A stretch of DNA of 64,000 nucleotides from Spirochaetia bacterium (GTDB taxonomy: Bacteria; Spirochaetota; Spirochaetia; SZUA-6; Bin103): assembly GCA_965199955.1 (NCBI GenBank), contig CBDATQ010000001.1, positions 1,472,001 to 1,536,000 on the forward strand, in the 5' to 3' direction. The notes beneath the pieces were generated by a model. It did not search any database and had not been told where the DNA came from. It saw only the letters and a list, made by a program, of their open reading frames with translations. This document shows positions 56,934-64,000 of the stretch, piece after piece (the stretch's first letter is position 1; every line of letters begins with the position of its first letter). A program made the translations under genes and the position numbers.

Positions 56934-57740
56934 TCAATCAGGAGTCTGGAACGGGTTGTTCACGAAGTCGGCGATGACGCGGTTGAACTTGTCGGCTTCC
57001 GAGTAGAACGGTGCGTGGTCGCTGTCCTCGAAGATCTCCAGGCGGGCGCCGGGAATGTGGTCGGCGGCGTACCGGCAGCCCGGGAGCGCGCCGCTGTGGC
57101 GGCCGGCGGCCACCAACACCGGCACCCTGATCGCCGGACAGAGCGGGCGCCAGTCGTGCGCGTGGTAGTCGGGGCCCAGCGTCTCGCCGGACGGCGCATA
57201 GCCGGAGGCGGAGGCGGCCAGACGGTCGATCTCCGTGTCGTCGGCCTGCGGGCCGTAGACCGGACCCAGTATCGTCCGCATCGACCGCCGCCGGTGGTCG
57301 CGTTCGCTCTCGCCCGGCTGCTGCTCGGAGCCCGGCGGGCGTGGTGCGTGCACGGAGACGTGCACGGTCTCGTCGACCAGCACGACTCCCCGCAGCCGGT
57401 GGCCGCAGAACAGCTCCAGGTAGGAGAAGCAGGTGCGGGCGCCGATCGACCATCCGACCAGGGTCACGTCATGCAGTCCCAGGGCGTGGATGATCTCGCG
57501 CACGTCCGCCGCGTAGCGGGCGGTGCGGTGGCCCCAGGGGGTGCATTGCGAGCGGCCGCAGCCGCGCGTGTCCGGCGCGATCACGTGGAAGCGACGGCTG
57601 AGGTCCGGCAGGTTCCGGTCCCACCAGACGTTGCTCAGGCCCCCGCCGTGGATGAGCATCACGGCCTTGCCGGCGCCGGCCTCGTCGTAGTGCAGGCGCA
57701 CGCCGTCATTGGCGGTCACGTAGCCGGATATCCGCGTCAT
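56934..57740 (-). CDS. Alpha/beta fold hydrolase
   Basis: LIHGG, DTRGCGRS, GWSIG, SDHAPF; start MTRISGY. Confidence 0.85.
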   Translation of the reverse strand: MTRISGYVTANDGVRLHYDEAGAGKAVMLIHGGGLSNVWWDRNLPDLSRRFHVIAPDTRGCGRSQCTPWGHRTARYAADVREIIHALGLHDVTLVGWSIGARTCFSYLELFCGHRLRGVVLVDETVHVSVHAPRPPGSEQQPGESERDHRRRSMRTILGPVYGPQADDTEIDRLAASASGYAPSGETLGPDYHAHDWRPLCPAIRVPVLVAAGRHSGALPGCRYAADHIPGARLEIFEDSDHAPFYSEADKFNRVIADFVNNPFQTPD

Positions 57741-57781
57741 CGATATCTCTCCGCCGGGACCGTGGTAGGCTCCGCGGCGAC

Positions 57782-58777
57782 ATGAACATCGGCATCGTCG
57801 GCGCGGGCGGCATCGGTACCCGCCACGCGCAAGCATACGCCAAGCACCCCAAGAGCGACGTGGTCGCGGTCTGCGACATCGACGAGGCGCGCGCCGCCCA
57901 GCTTGCCGACGCGTACGGCGCGCGGACGTTCACGTCCATCGCCGACATGCTGTCCAGCGGCACCGAGCTGGCGGCATGCAGTGTCTGCACCAAGGGCGAG
58001 GAGAACGGCGGCGACCACTTCGCACCGACCATGGAGCTGCTGGAAGCCGGTATCCCGGTGCTGGGCGAGAAGCCCATCTCCAACCGGGTCGACGAGGGAC
58101 GCAAGATGGTCGAGCTGGCCGCGGCGAAGAATCTGCCCTACGCGATCAACCTCAACCACCGCTTCACGCCGGCGGCCGAGCGCGCCAGGGAGTGGGTGGA
58201 CGCCGGCCGGCTGGGGACCCTGCACATGATCGGCATGACCATGTGGATCAACAACCCGGTGGAGACCTCGCCCTGGTTCCATATCCGCGCGCTGCATCCG
58301 CATTCCATCGACGTGATGCGCTACTTCGGCGGCGACATCAAGCGGGTGGCGGCGTTCTTCATGAAGGGGGAGGGCCGCTCGATCTGGTCCAACGCCAAGA
58401 TCATCTTCGAGTTCGCGGGCGGCATGATCGGGTCGCTCACTGGCAGCTACGACGCCGGAGGGGGCTTCGGCCTGGAGACCTGCGACGTGACCGGCTCCAA
58501 GGGGCGCTTCCTGCTGGAGGAGGCGTGCCAGCGCCTGACCTTCTTCACGCGCGAGAGCGAGGAAGCGGAAACCCTGCACTACCTGGGCGGGATGCTCGGC
58601 TTCAACGAGACCTTCGACAGCCGGATCGCCCGCTGGGTCGACCAGCTCGATGCCGGCGCGCCGCTGGAGCAGATCGACGCCTCCGGTGTGGACGCGCTGC
58701 AGGCGCAGCTCGTCATCGAGGCGTGCGTCCGCTCGTTCGAGCGCTCGGAGGTGGTCGAGGTCGAGCCGGTCGGCTGA
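57782..58777 (+). CDS. Gfo/Idh/MocA oxidoreductase
   Basis: MNIGIVGAGGIG, VLGEKP, NHRF, HSIDVMRYFGG. Confidence 0.9.
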   Translation: MNIGIVGAGGIGTRHAQAYAKHPKSDVVAVCDIDEARAAQLADAYGARTFTSIADMLSSGTELAACSVCTKGEENGGDHFAPTMELLEAGIPVLGEKPISNRVDEGRKMVELAAAKNLPYAINLNHRFTPAAERAREWVDAGRLGTLHMIGMTMWINNPVETSPWFHIRALHPHSIDVMRYFGGDIKRVAAFFMKGEGRSIWSNAKIIFEFAGGMIGSLTGSYDAGGGFGLETCDVTGSKGRFLLEEACQRLTFFTRESEEAETLHYLGGMLGFNETFDSRIARWVDQLDAGAPLEQIDASGVDALQAQLVIEACVRSFERSEVVEVEPVG

Positions 58778-58778
58778 G

Positions 58779-60428
58779 CTACCGTTTCAGAAGCCGGGCG
58801 GCGGTGAGCTTGGCTTCGTCCAGATCGGCCGCGAAGCCATCCTGCGGCAGGCGGTCGAAGATGCCGAGCGCGGTGAGGCTGTTCTCCAGGTCGCCGGAGA
58901 GCCCCGCCACGATGCAGCCCTTGTCCTGGCCGAGGACGCTGCCGTTGATCAGCTCCTCCAACGCCATGGCCGCGCTGTCGTCCATGCCTTCGGTCTCGCT
59001 GAAGTCGAAGATGACGATCTCGTGGCCGGCAAGGTCCGGGCTGATGACGCGCACGATCTCCCGCGCGGAGGCGATGGAGTAGCGGCCCCGCAGCGACAGC
59101 AGCCCGACGCGGGCGCGGAACGGATCGGCGTCCGGCGGCAGCTCGCCTTCCGGAAAGAGCACCATGTCGAGCAGCGGCGTGGAGACGGTCTGGTTGAGCT
59201 CCTGCCGCTCGGAGCGCAGCGCGTTCGCCATGCCGGCGATGAAGAAGCCGACGGCGATCGCGGAGATCACGTCCGCGAAGATCGACAGCGCCGCGGTCAG
59301 CAGCGTGACGATGCCGATGTCGGCCGACAGCCTGGGAATGCGCCGCAGGAAGCGGACGTCCATCATGTCCCACCCGACCTTGATCAGGATGCCGGCGAAC
59401 GCGGCGTGCGGGATCCAGGCCAGGGTGCTTCCCAGCCCGAACAGGACGGCCAGCAGTACCGCGGCGCAGACCACGGCGGTGACCGGGGTGCGCCCGCCCG
59501 AGCGGGCCGCGAGCAGCGAGCACGGGGCCGACGCGGCGCCGGGCAGACCGCCGATCAGGCCGGCCGCGACGTTGCCCACACCCAGGCCGAAGAGCTCGCG
59601 GTCGGGCTTGTGGGTGCGGCCGGTGATGGGGTCGATGATCAGCGCCGTCAGCAGGTTGTAGATGGAACTGAGGAACGCCAGGATCAGGGCCGGCTGGATG
59701 GCGTCCAGCAGGACGGAAGGGGAGAGAACGGGCATCTGCAGCGCCGGGATGCCGATCCGCGGCTCGGCGATGCGGGGTGCGGCCTGGAACCACAGCGCGC
59801 CTGCGAGCGTGCCGGCGATCAGCGCCGCAAGCGCGTTGGGGACCAGCCGGTGCAGCCGGGGCGGCCAGACGATGAACACGGCCAGGGTGATGAGCGCCAC
59901 GCCCAGCGCGTCCCCGTTCAGATTGGCCACCGCCTGCGGCCAGGAGGCGATGATTGCGATCAGCCCGATGCCGGGCTCGACCGGGGCGCCCAGGAACCAC
60001 AGCGTCTGGCTCATGAAGATGTAGCAGCCCACGCCCACGAACACGCCGCGGACCACGGAGACCGGCAGCCAGTTCACGAACCTGCCGAGGCGCATCGCCC
60101 CGAAGGCGATCTGCAGCAGGCCGGCCAGCATGACGATCGTGAACGCCTCGGCCAGGTCGTCGGCGTAGGTGCCGATGATGACCGCCGTGAAGATGGTCAC
60201 GATCGCGCTGGGACCGGAGATCATCGGCGCGGCGCCGCCGAGCACGGCGGTGAGGAACCCCACCGCGATCGCGCCGTAGAAGGCCGCCGCCGGCCCGAGC
60301 CCGGACAGCACGCCGAATCCGAGCGCCACCGGCACCATCATGACCGCGGATACGACTCCGCCGAACGCGTCCCCCTTCAGGTCACCGAGTCGGTATGGTC
60401 GCCGTCCGTCGGTGCCGCGGGTGACCAT
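58779..60428 (-). CDS. SulP/SLC26 anion transporter with STAS domain, second paralog
   Basis: GDAFGGV..MVPVALGFG, ISGPS, RELFGLGVGN, IFDFS...MDDSA. Confidence 0.88.
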   Translation of the reverse strand: MVTRGTDGRRPYRLGDLKGDAFGGVVSAVMMVPVALGFGVLSGLGPAAAFYGAIAVGFLTAVLGGAAPMISGPSAIVTIFTAVIIGTYADDLAEAFTIVMLAGLLQIAFGAMRLGRFVNWLPVSVVRGVFVGVGCYIFMSQTLWFLGAPVEPGIGLIAIIASWPQAVANLNGDALGVALITLAVFIVWPPRLHRLVPNALAALIAGTLAGALWFQAAPRIAEPRIGIPALQMPVLSPSVLLDAIQPALILAFLSSIYNLLTALIIDPITGRTHKPDRELFGLGVGNVAAGLIGGLPGAASAPCSLLAARSGGRTPVTAVVCAAVLLAVLFGLGSTLAWIPHAAFAGILIKVGWDMMDVRFLRRIPRLSADIGIVTLLTAALSIFADVISAIAVGFFIAGMANALRSERQELNQTVSTPLLDMVLFPEGELPPDADPFRARVGLLSLRGRYSIASAREIVRVISPDLAGHEIVIFDFSETEGMDDSAAMALEELINGSVLGQDKGCIVAGLSGDLENSLTALGIFDRLPQDGFAADLDEAKLTAARLLKR

Positions 60429-62350
60429 CACTCTGGATCCGAGTCGGCTTCCCGACGGGCTTGCGGCTCCACGCACAGCAGGGTCGAAGAGTAGGGAGCG
60501 AGCCGGCAATCGCCGGAGTCGCCGGGCCGGCGTTCCAGCGTGAACGGGTCTATCCAGGTGCGGTGGCCGGGGGCGGACACGTCGATGCGCGCCTCGACCG
60601 GGTGCACGCCTTCGTTGGTGATCAGGTAGCAGTGCACGCCGTCCTTGACGACGTGGCGGGAGCGCAGGTCGGGCTGTGAGGGCGTCACCCGCAGGTCGGC
60701 CGGTGCGAGCCGTTCCAGCTCGGCGACCATGGCGTCGTCCTCTGCGCCGTCATGGGCGGGCCAGCGCAGGAGGCGGCCGGCCTCTTCAAGCCGGCGTAGC
60801 GGCTCGGCGGCGCGTTCCGGCAGCGGGTTCGGGCCGTCGTCGAAGCCGTCGACGATCAGCGCGCGGTAGTGCATACCGGCCAGCCGGATGCCGTCGGCGT
60901 CGACCTGCGCGTCCTCCCATAGGTGGCGGGCCTCCAGGTAGTTGAAGTCGCGCTGGTGGGTGAACATTACGCGCGCCGCCCGCCACGGCACGTAGCAGGC
61001 GTCCGCCAGGACCGCCACGTCGCAGACGTGCGTGGCGTCGGTGTTTACGTAGCAGAGCCGCCGGCAGTAGTCGGCGTAGGGCCGGTAGCGGTCCCACCAG
61101 GGGCTGTTGGGCCCGACGTCGGGCGGCGCCTCGTTCACGCGGTGGCCGCGCACCGAGTAGAAGAACGCGTGCGGGAACAGCAGGTTGATACCCCGCACCA
61201 GGCACCAGTCGGTGAGCCACTTCATCTGGTCGTAGGTCAGGGTGTGGCCGTAGGCGCCGAGCAATTCCTCGCTGCACTGCCGGCGGTCCAGGTGGACCAT
61301 CGACGAGGAGACGCACTTTGCCTGCACCGACTCCCGTCCGTCGATCGCACCCGGCTTGCCGGGAAGGATCATGCCGGCAATGACATCCTGCCCGGGGATC
61401 TGGAAGAAGCGCTCGGAGCCCAGGTCGTCCGTCCACTGGGGGTGCCCGCACAGGGCGACGCCGTGCGCCTCGCACCAGTCGGACAGCGGCCGGTAGTAGG
61501 TCTCGTGCAGCCGCAGCCGCATCGCGCGGTTGTAGTCCGCGCGCGCCTGCGGTGCGTCGGGCTCGCCGTCGAACCACAGCGCCGGCAGGCGAGGGGCGAA
61601 GTCGTAGCCGAGCAGCCGCTCGACGTGCTGCAGGATGCCGGTCGTGCCGGCCCGGATGCGGCCCTTCTCCCTCCGGCACTTGCCGCCGAACTCGTTGGGC
61701 TCGTCGGTGAAGATGCCGCGGATGAGGGTGCCGAAGTGCTCCCCGAACGCTTCCGCGAACCGGTCGTACACCAGCCTGATGAAACAGGCGACCGCCGCCG
61801 GATTGAGCAGGTCGGCCGTGGCGGGCTCATCCTCGGCGCGGGTAGCCTCGTCCGGATCGGTGTAGTGCAGGCCGCGGATATGGCAGCGGGTCGGGCGGTC
61901 GTAGAACGCCAGGCGGGTGCCGCTGGCGCGCTCGGCGATCGCCGCCAGGTGGTGGCCCGGCGCCAGGGCCGGCACCTCGCCCGCGGTCAGCACCTGGTAG
62001 TCCAGGCCGCGCGACTGCAGCGCCCGATCGGCGGCGACCACCTGGCCGCTGGCTGCTCCGGAGGGATACATGCCCTCGTCGTACAGGTAGACTAGCAGGT
62101 CGCGGCGCCGCGCCTCCTCGATCGCCACGTGCATGAAGTGCAGGAAGCGATCGGACATCCAGCCGATGTCGCGCGGCAGGCCCACGCGCGGGTGGATCAT
62201 GAAGCCGTATACGCCGTGCGCCTGGAAGTCGTCGATCTGGCGCACCAGCTCGTCCTCGGTGAGCACGTCGTTCCAGAACCATTGCGGCACCACGGTGAAC
62301 TCCCGCAGCGGATCGCCAAGTGCGTGCAGCATGCCGGTAGTAGACCGCAT
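60428..62350 (-). CDS. Glycoside hydrolase, GH106/alpha-L-rhamnosidase-like catalytic domain
   Basis: PQWFWND, HPRVGL, YLYDEGMYPSG, GIFTDEP, RGINLLFPHAFFYS. Confidence 0.65.
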   Translation of the reverse strand: MRSTTGMLHALGDPLREFTVVPQWFWNDVLTEDELVRQIDDFQAHGVYGFMIHPRVGLPRDIGWMSDRFLHFMHVAIEEARRRDLLVYLYDEGMYPSGAASGQVVAADRALQSRGLDYQVLTAGEVPALAPGHHLAAIAERASGTRLAFYDRPTRCHIRGLHYTDPDEATRAEDEPATADLLNPAAVACFIRLVYDRFAEAFGEHFGTLIRGIFTDEPNEFGGKCRREKGRIRAGTTGILQHVERLLGYDFAPRLPALWFDGEPDAPQARADYNRAMRLRLHETYYRPLSDWCEAHGVALCGHPQWTDDLGSERFFQIPGQDVIAGMILPGKPGAIDGRESVQAKCVSSSMVHLDRRQCSEELLGAYGHTLTYDQMKWLTDWCLVRGINLLFPHAFFYSVRGHRVNEAPPDVGPNSPWWDRYRPYADYCRRLCYVNTDATHVCDVAVLADACYVPWRAARVMFTHQRDFNYLEARHLWEDAQVDADGIRLAGMHYRALIVDGFDDGPNPLPERAAEPLRRLEEAGRLLRWPAHDGAEDDAMVAELERLAPADLRVTPSQPDLRSRHVVKDGVHCYLITNEGVHPVEARIDVSAPGHRTWIDPFTLERRPGDSGDCRLAPYSSTLLCVEPQARREADSDPE

Positions 62351-62374
62351 CACCGGCCCCGCGTCACGCGCGGT

Positions 62375-63427
62375 TCAGTTGAACTCCGTTCCGCCCTTGC
62401 GCGTCAGGTACTTCCCCGAGACGCTCTTCAGGATCACCCGGCCGAACTCGTGCGACACGCGCTCGGCGGCCGGCTTCACGACCACGCCTTCGCGCACGTG
62501 CGCGCCGCCGAGCGTGGTCGCGCCGTCGGTCAACTCCTGCAGCTTCGCACGGCTGAACGGCCCGCGGTACAGATCGGGAACCAGCGGAAACAGATCGCTC
62601 AACGTTTCCGCCAGCTCGTCGGGGTTCAGGTAGCGGCCCGTTCCCGGCTCGCCGACGTACGCGTCGAACACCGCGAACGAGGGGTTGGGCTGGCCGTAGT
62701 GCAGGTCCTGTACGCCGCGGCCGTAGACCTCGCCCAGGACATAGCACGACTGCCCGTCAGCGGCGATCCGCGTGCGCGCGGACTCGAACGCCTCCTGGTG
62801 CGCGCCCCATGTCCGTACGTACAGGTTGTTCCGGTTCGCATCGTCCAGCAGCAGCGCCAGTCCCTTGTCGGACATGCCCTTGGAGGTGACGATCGGGCCA
62901 TGCTCGCCATGCCGCCCCAGGCAGCACCACGTGCCGTGCAGCTTCTCCGTGATGACCACCGGCTCGCCGTCGCGGAACTCCTCCGGGTACTTCTTGAAGT
63001 CCTCGATGTCGTACTTGAGGGTCGCGCCGTGGACCGCTCGCACTTCCCCCTGCATGGAGATCGGGATCGGTGGCTCGTACTTTACCAGCTCCAGCAGCTC
63101 GGTGACGTCGTCGCCCTCGGCTACCTGCCGGCCGCGGATCATTCCGTCGCGGACCGGGTAGACCAGGCCCTGCGACAGCGAGCCGCGCAGCTGCACCGCC
63201 TTGACGCGGGTCTTTTTGCTGCCGGCCAGCTTGCCTTCCAGCCCCAGCTCCGTGATCAGCCACTCGGGGCAGATCGCTCCCTCGGGGATGTAGGCGGCCA
63301 GGTCGCCGTCGACGTAGCTGTCCTTGCCGACGACGCAGCGAAAGCCGCCGATCGCCGCCAGCTCCAGGCGGTCGGCGTTGGGGTGCGGCTCGATGCGTAG
63401 CGAGTAGATCCGTGATTCGAATGCCAT
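62375..63427 (-). CDS. ATP-dependent RNA ligase, DRB0094 (Rnl5) family
   Basis: N-terminal IEPHPNADRLE OB-like domain, LRGSLSQG, motif I TEKLHGT, GEVYG, FAVFD, REGVVVK, VILKSVS. Confidence 0.88.
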   Translation of the reverse strand: MAFESRIYSLRIEPHPNADRLELAAIGGFRCVVGKDSYVDGDLAAYIPEGAICPEWLITELGLEGKLAGSKKTRVKAVQLRGSLSQGLVYPVRDGMIRGRQVAEGDDVTELLELVKYEPPIPISMQGEVRAVHGATLKYDIEDFKKYPEEFRDGEPVVITEKLHGTWCCLGRHGEHGPIVTSKGMSDKGLALLLDDANRNNLYVRTWGAHQEAFESARTRIAADGQSCYVLGEVYGRGVQDLHYGQPNPSFAVFDAYVGEPGTGRYLNPDELAETLSDLFPLVPDLYRGPFSRAKLQELTDGATTLGGAHVREGVVVKPAAERVSHEFGRVILKSVSGKYLTRKGGTEFN

Positions 63428-63604
63428 GGCGGAGTAGACAAACATACGGAAGCGCGAAGCGACAGTCAAGCTCGGCACGCGCCGAGGCGCTGCCCACGTT
63501 GCCGAGAGACCGGGGTGGACGGCCTGCCAGAGATGGCCGGATCCCTATCGACCCTGCTGCGGCCCACACGGCACAGAACACTTGTGCCTATTGCCTCAAC
63601 TAAG

Positions 63605-64000
63605 CCGAAGTTCCAGGAGCGAAATGCTCTGAAATCTTTGTGATCATGATAGTTACCTTGATTCCTCAGGGTCGCGTGCGTGGCTACACGCGGGATTTGA
63701 TCCCAAGCAGCTCGAAACAGCGCTGCTGAACCGGCGTCGGGTGCGTGTGCAGCGTGAATGTGCTTTCGCCGTCGGCGATTCGCATCGTGTTCGCCGTCAG
63801 CGTGCCCAGCTCAGTGATCAGCGTCCGAAAGCTGTGCACCGGCAGCCCGTCCTCGGTGCGCTTGCTCGACGCCTTGGCCGCCGCGGCCGCCGATCGCTGC
63901 GCCGGAGCCACCTCGGAGACCCGCTTGCGCTCTCGAAGCCCCTTGTAGGCGCGCACCGTCTGCGCCGCGTCGAACACGTCCGGTTCCACGTTGCTGCGCA
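63605..64000 (-). mobile_element. IS1634-family element, right end, second copy (continues beyond the window)
   Basis: CCGAAGTTCCAGGAGCGAAAT at 63605 is the reverse complement of the right end of the 15318-17310 copy. Confidence 0.9.
63684..64000 (-). pseudogene. IS1634 transposase C-terminus with in-frame deletion of the catalytic Glu region
   Basis: AYKGL-R-ERKRVSE, where copy 1 has 62 residues including VERAFR between AYKGL and ERKRVSE. Confidence 0.88.

Overview
High-GC bacterial chromosomal window made of catabolic genes interleaved with decayed mobile, defence and toxin-antitoxin (TA) DNA. (1) 1-3183: alpha-aminoadipate lysine-pathway operon (fungal-like homocitrate synthase, two-subunit homoaconitase, homoisocitrate dehydrogenase). 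(2) 3296-36429: a putative carbohydrate-catabolism neighbourhood with four GHL10-like TIM-barrel paralogs, a CehA/McbA metallohydrolase, an amidohydrolase, a divergent transaldolase and an Opp/Dpp-type ABC importer. The ATPase genes of this importer (7-9 kb) lie far from its permease and binding-protein genes (27-31 kb). (3) 10984-21570: an intervening island with a 2OG-Fe(II) oxygenase plus AAA/PD-(D/E)xK pair and the shattered remains of a DUF499/DUF1156/PLD-helicase restriction-like anti-phage system, cut by an intact IS1634 (6-bp TSD) and a decayed IS66 (no TSD). (4) 37-62 kb: mixed hydrolases, oxidoreductases and transporters, including the best novelty candidate, a translationally coupled operon encoding a three-subunit (split-beta) cobalt nitrile-hydratase-family enzyme with an atypical active-site residue, an MDR dehydrogenase lacking canonical Zn ligands, an alpha/beta hydrolase and a C45 Ntn-hydrolase. 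(5) A DRB0094-type RNA ligase and an internally deleted second IS1634 at the right edge. Many intergenic gaps hold TA remnants; only one TA pair looks intact. No rRNA, tRNA or CRISPR array was seen. Family assignments come from motif recognition by eye, not database searches, and some single-base frameshifts could be sequencing errors.
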